Assembly: GCA_951406725.2 (NCBI GenBank)
Contig: OX597821.1
Span: forward strand, 118,172,001 to 118,236,000
Reading direction: 5' to 3'
From: Octopus vulgaris
Taxonomy: Eukaryota
Length of the DNA: 64,000 bases
A model generated the notes under the pieces. The model searched no databases, was not told the DNA's origin, and saw nothing but the letters and a program-made list of their open reading frames with translations. A program made the position numbers and the translations under genes. Shown piece after piece: positions 41,650-55,900 of this stretch; positions within the stretch are counted from its first letter, which is position 1, and every line of letters begins with the position of its first letter.

Positions 41650-41885
41650 GTAGTGAAAGAGGGAATGGTGTTTCCATGCACGAAAAAGTATATAGGAAAA
41701 TGTGTTGCTGAAAATGCACTTCAAAAACTCGTGAATGTTTAAAATACATTTATTTACATATGTTGAAACTAGTTTGGTACATATGTAAATAAATGTATTT
41801 TAAACACTCACGAGTTTTTGAAATTTAAGTGCATTTTCAGCAACACATTTTCCTATATATATATGTATATATGTATGTATGTATG

Positions 41886-41958
<73 letters not shown>

Positions 41959-42999
41959 GAAGGACTATGATGAACAAGATGAGGCTGGGGACTGATCCTT
42001 GGTGAACCCCTATTGCACCCTGAATTCATTACTTTGCTCATTGCAAACCTTCACCTTACTGACAGCATCCCTGTACATAGCTTATACAGCAGCCTTGTTC
42101 CCTCTTCATTTCGGGAGCCAATTCCATGGCCACCCTGGAAGACACCTGAGTGTTGCCTAATTTGCCCATTGAAATCACTAGCCACAATGTCACTTGTCTT
42201 TGATGTAACTTGCAAAAGAGTGTCATAAAAGCAGTTCTTTTATTCATTTGGCAGGCCCAGTTGTGGGTCATAGGCAGAGGTGGTTGTTACTGTGCTATTC
42301 TGCAAAACTAGTCTGACCTAAAGTACCCTATCACATACCCTGACTATCTCAATCACCTTATTTACCCATTTCTCTGCTAGAAGTGTGCCAACCCTTCTAC
42401 CCCATTACAGTTGCCCTCCCAGAAGAGTTTATACCTATGCTTTTTGCATGTGAAGAAGCTGGCTGAAGTGACCCTCCACTGGACTTCTTGGCTACAGCAC
42501 GCATCAACGTGTCTCCTTTCAAGCATCTCAACAATCTCGCCAGACTTAGCTTTCAATGTGTCGACATTGACCGTGTTGAGGCTGAGTGAATGTAAAGGCA
42601 GGCAGGGGGTAACGTGGAGAGGGGGAACTGCAGCTTTTGTCATCTGAAAAAAAAATGGTTGTAATGAGCATTTGCCAGCAAACGTGTCATGGCAGTTGTT
42701 CTCTCATTATTCCATCATCCAATTAATTATAATAAGCATAAAACTTATTAAAATAATAATTATAAAGCTTTACATTCATTTTAGCTAACAGTGATTATAT
42801 ATATGTGCATGTGTGTGTGTGTGTGTGCATGTGTGTGTGTGTGTGCATGTGTGTGTGTGTATGTGTGCGTGTGTGTGAATGGGTTTTGTATGTTTTTTAT
42901 GCATGTTTCATTAAATACACCATCGTATTCAAATTTTACATCTTTCTTTAGTTTTTAACGCTTGGAAACAATGGATTCCTTCACAGTCTCTGTACATTG

Positions 43000-43058
<59 letters not shown>

Positions 43059-43250
43059 TATATACTATATATATATATGCATTATTCAAAGGAATTCCAA
43101 CTCTGTCTGTTTTTTATGTTTTATTTATATTCTTTATAATATTAATGTAGAATATTGAATATAAAATATTAAGGGACTAGTATACTTTCTTGCATTAAAG
43201 CAGTCTTCAAGTTCCCAGGTTGTGACAGGAGTGTTTCAATATATACATAC

Positions 43251-43311
<61 letters not shown>

Positions 43312-44944
43312 TAGTGTATGAGAAAAAGAAAACAGAGACACTGGCATATAGGCATCAATTCGTTAGAACATAATCCAATTCTAAACACTATCAAAGTCAA
43401 TTTCACCAACAATTGTTTCCATGCCCAATTAATTTAAGAAATTAAACTAAATTAAATTAAATCATATATCAGTTTCTCTGTTTTCTTTTTCTCATACATA
43501 AAAAATAGTCTACCCGTATCCATCAATGTGAAGCTAACATCTTTTGTTCTTGACTGATACACTGGATAAAACCAGGGAACTTGGATGCTGACATCCCTTT
43601 AAGAAGATTTATATCCTTGATTTGATGATACATAAATACATATTTCTATCTATTTTTTACCTTAGAAATTAAAAATTAAATATTTAATATAATAAATGTG
43701 TTGTAGGAAATAATCCTAATGTTTTAAATTATAATTTAGGTAATGGAGTTATTTCTATAAGAAAAATTATTTATTTATTTCTTAAATAAATATTGTTTGA
43801 CTCTATTTGCTTATCTATTTAACTATTATCGTTAACCTGAAGATTGACTATAATTTTAAATCGAATTTATTTCAATTGAATTTAAACTTAATTGTAATTC
43901 GAATTTAATTGTAGCCATGAAACATACGTAGTGATTTTACATATATTATATATTTATCATTCATTCTATACTTTTTGAGATCTAGTTATAAGTTATATAT
44001 TTAAAAAATATTTATATATATACTAGCAGTATCGCCCGGCGTTGCTCGGGTTTGTAAGGGAAATAACTATATAAGCATTTTTAGAGAGTTATAGCAAAAA
44101 AATGCATTAAAATGGAAAAAATGATGGTAATTTTTTTTTTAATCGTAGACTCATCGTAGACGCGCGCTAATACCCAGAAGGGCTCGATCTGAATCACGAC
44201 TATAAGATACCCGGTTTTGGTTAAACTGCACTGCAAAATGTGGGAGTAGTTAGGAATCTAAATCGTAGGAGACAGACACACAACTTCACTTTTATATATA
44301 AAGACTAGCAGTATCGCCCGGCGTTGCTCGGGTTTGTAAGGGAAATAACTATATAAGCATTTTTAGAGAGTTATAGCCAAAAAATAGCAAAAAATGCATT
44401 AAAAATGGAAAAAAAACGATGGTAAATTTTTTTTAAATCGTTGACTCATCGTAGACATTTTCTGTTTTGGTGTCTTCAAGCCATGAAGTCGTTGTTCTAA
44501 AAGAACGCTGGTCTCCTTGACAACGCTTTACGACGTTGATTTCCTTACACTCCCTTCCCCACAGCTTCACGAGGGAGGGAAGAAGGGGGAGAAGCAACAC
44601 AGGTGCAGGTGTGAGCATGGACGCCAACTCCGCCGCCATCGACACACGGATAAAATATGTCTTAAAATGGAAAAAGATTATGGTAAATTATTTTTAAAAT
44701 CGTAGACTCATCGTAGACACGCGCTAATACTCAGACCGGCTCGATATGAATCACGACTATAAGATACCCGAATTTGGTGAAACTGCACCGCAAAATATGG
44801 GAATAGTTAGGAATCTAAATCGTAGGAGACAGACACTCACACAACTTCACTTTTATATATATAGATATTGGTTATTTATGTATTGGTTTATGTCTATCAC
44901 CGTTTGAGTTGCATAATAGTGGTTTTATCTCTAATTTATATTTC

Positions 44945-44984
<40 letters not shown>

Positions 44985-45688
44985 GGGGGGAGATAGATGC
45001 ACATGCACACACTTAGGTATGTTTATGTGTAGTATTTTTATAAATATATGGCTTTTATTTTAGCGGAAACCAAATGTGGGCGACACACTTTTACCTGCAA
45101 CAACGGAAACTGCACGAGGTTCTACAAGATATGCGATTCAAAAGATGATTGTGGTGATGGGTCTGATGAAGATAAGTGTGACGCAAATTACTGCGCCCCC
45201 TGGTTATTTCGGTGCAACAACAACCGCTGTGTGTACCGTTCCTGGCAGTGTGATGGTGACAATGACTGCTTGGATAATTCAGATGAAGACCAGGCTCTTT
45301 GTAGTGAGAATATTTTCTTTGTTCCTTCAAATTAGTTGCCATTTTATCTTGCTAGATTTCTGTTTCATTTAAACTGTTTCGTATTCAGAGAACTCGGTCA
45401 AATGTAATGCTTATTTATTGAAAGAATTTTCTTTGAATCATAGACAATCTCTAAGTTTTAACATTTTAATGATGTGATTACTATTTTACTCTTTTACTTG
45501 TTTCAGTCATTTGACTGCGGCCATGCTCGAGCACTGCTTTTAGTCGAGCAAATCGACTCCAGGACTTATTCTTTGTAAGCCTAGTACTTAATCTATTGGT
45601 CTCTTTTGCCGAACTGCAAAACACACGGGGACGTAAACACACCAGCATCGGTTGTCAAGCAATCTTGGGGGGACAAACATATACACAC

Positions 45689-45733
<45 letters not shown>

Positions 45734-46911
45734 TATATACGATGGGCTTCTTTCAGTTTCCGTCTACCAAATCCACTCACAAGGCTTTGGTCAGCCTGAG
45801 GCTATAGCAGAAGACACTTGCCCAAGGTGCCACGCAGTGGGACTGAACCCGGAACCATGTGGTTGGCAAGCAAGCTACTTACCACACAGCCACACTTTTA
45901 AAATTATATTGTAGGGTAAGTGTGAGAGGCCAGATCAGTTCAGTTTCAACATAAAGCTTGTTGCTTATTAAGGCCACAAATGCTCAGTTGAAATACTAAA
46001 GGGTTAAATGGTCTTTTTTTTTTTTCTCAATTCCTTAATTTGGCATCACAAAGCCATTGGATTGCAGCCAGGCTGTGGCTCTGCCTTGCATGGATTAGTC
46101 AAACAAATTAACTAAACCAGACAAGGTGTTGGTGCTTAATCCATCAGCTTCACATAATCACATTACAATAATTAGTTCATCATTTTCATGTTTACATTCT
46201 GCACTTGATTCAGTTTTTGCTCCACAAACCAATATTATTAGGAGTATAGAATGAAACCTCAGTTTCCAAACTTAATTCATTCCTGAATTACAATGGTAAT
46301 AGTTCCAGTTGATTCAATTAATGGAACAGTCTGCTCATGAAACATGCAAGTGGCTGAGTACTCCACAGACATGCATACCCTTAACGCATGAGCTGAATAT
46401 CCAAACCACTCAACCATTACACCATCACTGGAAATGGTGTCCTACCATGGAATGGTATGGAGAAGTGTTTCATGGGAGTTTTGAAGTGTGAATGAGATGC
46501 AAAAGCTGCTACCAGAGAAAGGCTGATGAGTGGAATCAACAGGGGCCAGAAAGGAAATAGTAGCATGCATTCTATTGTCCCCAGGGAGCAGCATTAGAAT
46601 GTAAGGGTCTGTACCCTCATCATCATCATTATCACCATCATCATTTAACGTCCATTTTCCATGCTGGCATGAGTTGGATGGTTTAACCACACCTGGTAAG
46701 GCCAAGGGCCACACCTCGTTCCATTGTCTGTCCTGGCATGGTGTCTACCATTAAAGAAACAGGCATGGCTGTGTGGTAAGAACATTGTTTCCCAGCCACA
46801 TAGTTCCAAGTTCAGTCCCACTATACAGCATTTGGGCAAGTGTCTTCTATTATATCCTTGGGCCAACCAAAGCTTTATCAGTGGATTTAGTAGACAGAAA
46901 CTGAAAGAAGC

Positions 46912-46953
<42 letters not shown>

Positions 46954-49900
46954 GGTGTAGCAGGTAAATTGAGACCATTTAAATATTTTTATTATAACTG
47001 GTATAACTTGGAAAAATCAAACCCTGTAAATTTTATGTTTATGCCAATTTATTATGGAGTGTTTAACATTTATTTCAGTTCAATTTGACCTCCATTTCCT
47101 TTCTTTACCAGTTCAGTCTGTTTACAAAATGATGTGCTTTGCCTGAACTACTTCCTCCCTTTTCATTTTATCAAATCCTTGCTTGATCACAGCCTTCAAT
47201 GAAGACACACAAATGTGAGAAGTTGTGTTGGACATTGCTTCAACTGCCATCCATGGCCAATAAACAAGCAGATTCAAGTCTGGTGAGCGAGAAGGCCAGA
47301 TACCTTTAGGGGGGACAAAGATGGGAATTCCTTCTTCAAAACTTCTTGCACTCTTTTTGAAGAATGGACAGGCACAGAGTCCTGTACAAACATGACTCAG
47401 TTTGCATCATAATGCTTTCTAATCCCAAACCAACAAAACTTCTAAGATTTGCAGATATTCTGCTGTGTTGAATTTAAGACCTGCTCCAATAAAATGAGGA
47501 GGCATCAATTTCCCATCACTTGCAAAAGCTCCAAAGACCTTAATGGAAGCCAAATGCTTGCTATGTATAGCTGAGGGAACTTGGGAAGGGTCGTACACTT
47601 TCACTCATGGGTTTTGACGGTTTGCAAATTCATCTACCATGAAATTCTTTTCATCCATGAAGATGCGGACGTCTCTACCACGATATTTTAGATGACTAAG
47701 AAGTTTGGGACAGCTTTCAGCCCGAATGGCTTTGGAGTGGGTAGGGTGTTACAGTGCCTCCTCAAGTATGATCTCATGGAGGTCTTGTCTCACAGCCCTA
47801 GGAATGGTCATTCTACTGATTCCTCAATCTCGAGCCAACTTTGCCATCGATTTTGATGGGTTCACCTCAATCAATCTTTGAAGTCTAATTAAGAAGTGAG
47901 GTGTGCATTTTCAGTTACTACAAGGACTGTGAGGCTTTCTCTGAACATCCTGACTTTTCTTTAAATTGGCTTCAACTCCAGAAACAGTAGATTCAGCATA
48001 GTTTGTTATTCTGACAAACTCCCCAGCACTTTTGCCAGAGTGGAATGATTCGGCAATTACACTTCTACAGTTTAATTCTTTAGTTACATTCGTAGTTTGT
48101 TCAATCTGAAATACAAAACAGAACAAGAGATTATTCCAGCTGCTAATGCTTAAAATATAGACACCAACAAAATCTATACAGTTAGAAATATACCCATTTG
48201 AAATTTGTCCCAATTTACCAGTTACAACCTGTATATATATATATATATATACACACACATATCTATGTGTGTGTGTCTGCTTGACAACCAGTGTCGGTGT
48301 GTTTATGTTCCCATAACTTGGCACTTTGGTAAAAGTGACCGACAGAAGTACTAAGCTTAAAAAGAAGTATTGGGAGTCAATTCATTTGACTAAAATTCTT
48401 CAAGGTGGTGCCCCAGCATGGCCACATTCTAATGACTGAAATAAGTAAATGAGTAAAGAACTCCAGCAAACAGCTCTTCAACACGTGGACCTGGCTGTTT
48501 CATGAGAGCTGCTGCAATGGCTCTGTCTTTCATCCTTTAGCATTCACACCACTCTATTATATTTAATGCTTATTTACTCATATTGTTTTCAACTAATCCT
48601 GCATTATCTTGTGGCTTCGATACCTTGGTGATTGACTGTTTGTTTTAAATTTACATTGAAGTCATGTGGCTTCGTGGTTAGGAGTATTCGGCTTACGATT
48701 GTAAAATCATGAGTTCAATTCTCAGTGACACTTTATTTCGCATTGCTCCAATCCACTCAACTGGCAAAAATAGTTGTATCTGTTTTTCAAAAGGCCAGCC
48801 TTATCACAGACTGTCATGATGAATCTCCCTGAGAACTACACAAAGGGTACACAGTGTCTGTGGAGTGCTCAGCCACATGTACGTTAATTTCACGAGCAGG
48901 CTGTTCTGTTGATCAGGGGTCAACTGGAACCCTTGTCATCGTAACTGACAGAGTGCCATTTACTTCGTAGGGTGAGTGTAAGAAGCCCAATCTGGACAGT
49001 TTGGATCTAAAAGAGGTAGAATATTTTGGCCAGATATGGCCAGTTTGAATACAAAACGGTTAATATGTGCAAGGGAACTCTGCAATGCTGATTCCGTATT
49101 TGTCGCTATAGAAGTTACAACAATAATATTTCCTACATTTTCTATAATATTACTGAAAATGGAAACTTTCTGATTTCTCTGAATCCAGTTGATAGATCCT
49201 GTGGAGTACATGAATTTACCTGTGATAATGGATATTGTATACCTGAGCATGACAAATGTGATTACGAGAACGACTGTTTCGATGGTTCTGATGAAAGTCT
49301 TGAACTGAACTGTGGTAAGTAGACGAAACCTAAACAGGGCAATTTATTTTTTAGCAATTCTCTTTTTTCTTTTTTAACTGTTTGCCTGATGAGTTGTAAT
49401 TGATTAGATGAGATGCAATTACTGTAAAAACCCATGTAATTTATGCACTTTTTTTGCAAAAACAAAAATAAATTTTAGTGGGTATGTAAATTATGTGAGT
49501 CGATCGTTTCCAGAATTTTTTTAGAAATTGTTTTTGCTAAAAAACGATGCACAAATGTAAACATTCTTACTGGAAGTTGACTTATTTAATGTCAGAATAG
49601 GTTTTTACAGAAAATATATAACAAAGTTGATTTTTATTAATGCTGGATGGTATACTGCTTACTTCTTCTGTATAAATTTACTAAAACCATTAAATGGTTA
49701 ACCACTTTTTGAAGTTTGACGTTCATGCTGGTAATCACAGTCTGGGCCATATTTTACTGCATCTAATGCCAAAACATCATAATTCATTCTTGCGCTTGTA
49801 AACTCTCTAACTGAATTTGACTTAGAATTCATACAGAAACCTTCATTTACCTTATACAATGTTTAATGTCGTTTCATATTCACGTTGAATTATTCATAGA

Positions 49901-52900
49901 ACACTTGTAATGTATGTATTACCAGTTCTTTCAATATAGTAGATATTTTCTATTCTTGTTTATGTCTCCTCACAGATGTGTATATTCTAACAAGTTGCTT
50001 CTTAAATTTAACATCTCTCTTGTTCAATAAACTCTGAGTTAAACTTGCAAAGCTGTTTATTTTCTCCTTTTGATTTTTAATGTTTATTTTAGTGGGTTAC
50101 CTAACTATCAGTTTGGTCTCCTGGCTTTTTGCTTGACATTTTATAAGTGTGAAAGGGACTAAAATTTTGATACTATGTATCAAAGGTTCCAACAAGAATA
50201 AGCGGAAAATCAGAGCTTGAGACAGGAAGACACTTTTGACCAATGAGGATTCTGTTTACATAATCAGTTTGATCGGTCACCTCTTCTATCGGTTGAGTAA
50301 AGTGTCATCCAAGCTGATGTTTATTGGTAATTAAACTTATTTTGCAACACTGGTGTGTATTTATCAGCTTTGTTTTTGTTGATAAGAATAATCAGCAAAT
50401 TTTCCTGTGAGTGTGATTTTAGAAAACATACAAAAGTATGCTAAAGATCGGACATAATCTCTTGTGGGAAAGAAATGTAAAATAGAGTTTATCATAAACA
50501 ACAAAAACACTTTGTAATTTAATAGCTTTCAATGTGATACCTGTTAAACAGGAATTATTTTTATTTCATGAAAATTTAATAAAATCTAATCATAAGTAAG
50601 TGAAATTATGCTAAATACAACTAAACTGAAAATCTTTTCTCCCTGGTCATATTGGCAATTCTGAAAACTTTTGGGGGCGAATTTTACACAAGTGGAAGCC
50701 TTTTTTTAACAATTTTTTTCTTGAAAATCACCTGCATAAATTACACAGATGTGCAAATTACATGGGTTTTTATGGTAATTAGTACATTTAGATTGTTGAC
50801 AATCCAGTTATCAGCAGTTGTAAAAATAAGTAAAAATTTTTTATAGCCAAATACCATGGCTGCATGGTTAGAAGCTTGCTTCCCAACCATTTGGTCCTGG
50901 GTTCAGTCCCACTGCATGGTACCTTGGGCAAGTGTCTTCTGTTGTAGCTGCAGGCTTACATAAGCCTTGTAAATGAATTTGGTAGGCGGAAATTGAAAGA
51001 AGGCGGTTGCATATCTGTGTGTGTGCATGCATTCATTCATGCATGCATGTGTGAGTGTATGTGTGCATGCAAGTTTGCATGCATGTGTGTATACCCTTGC
51101 CTTGACATCATGTGATGTTGTAAACAAACATCCCCATCATACAAGTGGGGTTAATATTTATGTCTTGTCTTCCACGTAAACCATGTCTGATTTGGGGGAA
51201 ATCATTTACCTTACTTGGAAACAGGTGAAAGTTGGTGACAGGAAGAGCACCCTGCCGTAAAAAATCTGCCTCAACAAAATTCCATCCGATCCATGCAAGC
51301 ATAGAATAGTGGACGTTAAATGATGATGATGATGATATATGCATCACTAATTCTAATATTGATCTTGGTGAAGGCAGCAAACTGACAGAATCCTCAGTGC
51401 CCCCTGGCCAAAATGATTAGCAACATTCCTTCCAACTTGTTACATTCTAAGTTCGAATTCTGCTGAGGCTGACTTTACTTTTCATCCTTTCTGGGTTGAT
51501 GAAATAAATACCCATTGCTTACTTGGGTTAATGCAATCAACTTGTCCCCCGCCTCCCCTGAAATTTCTGGCCTTGTGCCGAAATTGGAAACCAATGCCGA
51601 TCTTGGTGGAAAGAAGAGTGGATTTTGCATGGAGTTTTTTTTTTTGGTATATTTAATGCTTTTTAAAGTTATGAACCTTTTTTTTCATTTAATTTACAGC
51701 TAATCAAACATGTCCTGCGACTTCGTTCCGATGTGAAACTAATTATCGATGTATACCTTCCACATACGTCTGCGATGGTTACGATAATTGTGGTGACAAT
51801 TCTGATGAAAAACTGAGCAACTGCAAAAAATGTAATGAAACCAAGGAATTCAAATGTAAAAACAATGTCTGCATTCCAAAAACCTGGGTTTGTGATTCTA
51901 AAACTGACTGTCGAGATGGTTCCGATGAAGACACCAGCTTTTGTAGTATGAAATTTTACTCTGTATACTTTAGTTTATTATTATTGTTGTTGTTGCTGTT
52001 GTTGTTGCTGTTCTTGCTGCTGCTGCTGTTTTTGTTGTTGTTGTTGTTGTTGTTTTTGTTGTTGTTGTTGTTGTTGTTAAAGGCTGTGGGCTGGCAGAAT
52101 GATAGCACACTGGGCAAAATGCTTAGCATTCTCTGCTGCTACATTCTGAGTTCAATTTCCACCGAGGTCGACTTTGCCTTTCATCCTTTCAGGGTCGATA
52201 AATTAAGAACCAATGAAATACTGGGAGCAATGTAAACCTGCTTCCTGAACTTGCTGGCCTTGTGCCAAAATGTGAAACCACTATTTTTACCATTAATGTA
52301 GTGAGCTAGCAGAATCATTATCATGCCAGGCAAAATGTCACAAAGCATTTTGCTTGTCTTTACATTCTAAGTTCAAATCCTGCCCAGGTCATCTTTGTCT
52401 TTCATCCTTTCAGGATCAATAAAATAAGTACCAGTCATACTCTGGGGTTGATGTAATTGACTAGCACCTTCCCCTGGAATTGCTGACCTTGTGCCAAGAT
52501 TTGAAATGAATATTATTATCATTAAAGGCAGCGAGCTAACAGAATTGTTAGAATGCTGAGCAAAATGCGATTAAGCCCGAATTTGAAACCAATACAGGTC
52601 ATCATCAACTTAGGACCACAATTGGTTCCGACTGTCTGGTCGTAAGTCGATTTGGTCGTAAGTTGGCCTATAGGCCTACATAGCTTTGTTTTATATTTTT
52701 ACACTCTTAAGAAATACATTCTCAGGTAAATGTCACATGCAGCATTCTGTATGATACTATTATACTGGTGTTAGTCAAAAATTTCTCGTAAAGTCCATCA
52801 GTCATAAGTTGGATAAGTCATAAGTCAACGACGACCTGTATTTTAAAGTTTTTACATTTCTTTTTTATTTATAATCAATGTACATTTTCATGATTGTAAG

Positions 52901-55900
52901 ATTGCGATTTCAATTCCTGGGCTGGGTAACATGTTGTGTTCTTGAGCAAAACACTTCATTTTACATTGGTTCAGTCCACTCCACTGGCAAGAATGAGTAA
53001 TCCTGGAATGGAATGGTGTCCCATTCAGGTGGGGGGAACATACATGCCATGGAAACCAGGGAAGTGGGTCTATATGATTCCATATGATTCAGAGAGGGCC
53101 ATCCCTTTTTTCCTTACTGTACATTTATTTAAACCATTTGATTTAAGAACCTCTTTGTCCCCCTTGTTCTAATAATATTTCTTTTAGGTGAGGGGTTAAA
53201 CACAGGGGAAAAAGAAAAACCTATAAGCATCAAATATTCCCTGCCTTGGCTAAAAACAATCCGGATGAGTTGCATATCTTCTCTCGATTGTCCGTATCTG
53301 TTGGTTGTTTATTCATCATCATCATCAGCAACTTCTGGGCATTACTGTCTTGAATCCATTTGTCCAGTTTTCATGGTGTATATGTGGCCAAGGTCACATC
53401 ATTTCCTTTGAACAGGACACCAGTCAGTCACAAGGTAACTCATTTACAGCCGAGTGGACTGAGGCAGTGTGAAATTATGCATTTTGCTCAAGAACGCAAC
53501 TTACCGCCTGGTGTGGGATTGAAACTATGCTTGCAAAATCACCACTAGACCACATACCCTTTACTGTTCGTTATTTAATTCCTGAAGGCAGGTACAGCTC
53601 TCTGGCTTGCCAGCTCTGGTCAAGCCACCCAACACATGCTGGCATAGGAAATGGGCATTAGACAATGATGATGGTGATGATGGTATTGATGATGATGGTG
53701 GTGGTGGTGGTGGTGGTGGCAGTGGTGGTGGTGAGATGTTCCATTACATACACATACTGCCATCTCATTACACACGTGCTAGCATGGTTGGCACCAGAGT
53801 GGATTTGTTTAACAGTTCTGTATTCAGTTGGAGGACATTGTAGACAAACTGAAAGGGCAGCTTGGTTTTGTGTAGGTCCCACTTGCAGATATCCCGTTAG
53901 GTCACTACCTGTTCCTTCACTGGTTCCCACTTCATCCAGGGACTTTACTTGCTCTTCCTTCACAGAAGCTCTCACCCTGACCCCTGCAATGTTACTAGGA
54001 GTGTCCAACAGAAATATCACACCAAACAGACCTGGAGGATGGAGAAAGAAGTACAAGGGGAAACTGCAAGGAAGATGACTTTTCCCAGAGATCTAAAAAT
54101 TCTTCATCATCTTCTTGATCAACAGCAATTTCTGTGAAATTCACTGGAACCAAAAGAGGAAATCTGATCGTATTCATTATATCTCTTGGTATCCTGTGAA
54201 GATGACATCAAGATATTTTTGGTGGAGTCATATCTGGAAAACTTGCCATGGAGATTAGTTGAACTCACTGTTGTAAGGAAGAAAGCTTTTTAAAGTATGA
54301 AATCTGCTACAAAGGTTGCTGCATAATATTTCAGTGATTGCCACTTTAATAATTGATTAATGAGTAATGAATAACTGAATTGCAGTTTCGTTTCAACAAC
54401 AGATTTTAATTAAAAGTTCAGAAGTTAATATATTGGACACAATGGTTCGATAGAGAACAGCAGGGCAGTTTGGTCCGTAAAGTGTACGGTTAGGTGAACT
54501 GTGTCAATGAAATATCATTGCTCATAATTTACTAAAGGCAAGAAAATTGTTATAAAATATGATTGTGTGACATAATGCAAATGTTGGTGTCTGTGTATTT
54601 TATGTTAACTTTGGAAGAGAGAGCAAGTGAAAAGAAGTGGTTGTGTATACCCTGGGCTGGGAGGCAGCCACCAGTGTCCCCTCTCTGACTGATGCTTTAA
54701 CTGCAGCTCCCTTAAATACTGTAGTATGGGCTCAGAAGAAAAGTGACTGAGTGGTTACTGACTGGTTAGTTATGATCAACGTGAGAAAGAACCAAAGTAA
54801 TTTTCTGCAAAAGGAATTTACATTTTGGCACAAATTTATACATAAAATATTGCACACGTTTTGACCAATCAAAACGATCAGCCCGGTCAGGTGGTGGTGG
54901 TGGTGAGGAGGAGGAGGGGGACAGTGGAAGGGGAGGTGGCAGAGGAGGGGGAGGCAGAGGAGGGGAGGAGGCAGAGGAAAGGAGGAGTCAGAGGTGGAGG
55001 AATAGGCAGAGGAGGAGGCAGAGGCGGAGGAGGAAGCAGAGGCGGAGGTGGAGGATGAGGCAGAGGCGGAGGCAGAGGTGGAGGCAGAGGAGGCGGCGGC
55101 GGCGGCGGAGTTTACTAATTGCTGAGCTAGACTAAAATGCAGGGAAATAAATTAACACACAATAACAAAGAACAGAAAAAAAGCCTCTGACGTCTGACCC
55201 TCTGCCAGTTATTGACAGAACAGTTATGGAAGGTCAATTATTTTGGATTGTTTCACATCTTCCATAATGGAATGCAGAATTCTCCATGAGAAATCTAAAT
55301 CCACTCTGTTGCTAACGACAACAAATGTTCCAGTTGATCCAACCGATGGAACAGCCTGCTCATGAAATTAACATTCAAGCGGCTGAGTACTCCACAGACA
55401 TGCATACACTTAACATAGTTCTCAGGGAGATTCAGTGTGACAAGGCTGGCCCTTTGGATTACAGGGACAAATCATTTTTGCCAGTTGAGTGGACTGGAGT
55501 AACGTGAAATAAAGTGTCTCGATCAAGGACACAGTATGCTGTCAGGAATTGAACTTGTGACCTTGTGGTTGTGAGCTGAATACCCTAAGCACTAAGGCTT
55601 GCACCATCACATGAGAAAGGTATAACTGTAGACATACACTGCAGTATATAAATCTATGTGTTTAGTTATCCTGTAGTGTTGGATGATTAGAATTTATTGG
55701 CAACGATCATTAGGACACCAGGCAAAATGCCTTGTCGTATTTTGCCTGTCCCTACATTGTCAGTTCAAATTCCACCAAGGCTGACTTTGCCTTTCATCCT
55801 TTCAGGGTCAATAAAATAAATGCCTGTTGAGTATTGAGGGCCATTATAATTGAATTAAATATCATTGGGTAAGAGTATAAAAACTGCATCCCTCTGCCAA

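Noticed and set aside
54560-54860. Possible third solo LTR
   Set aside because: It has a TG start and LTR-like composition, but I could not define a matching CA end with a target-site duplication.
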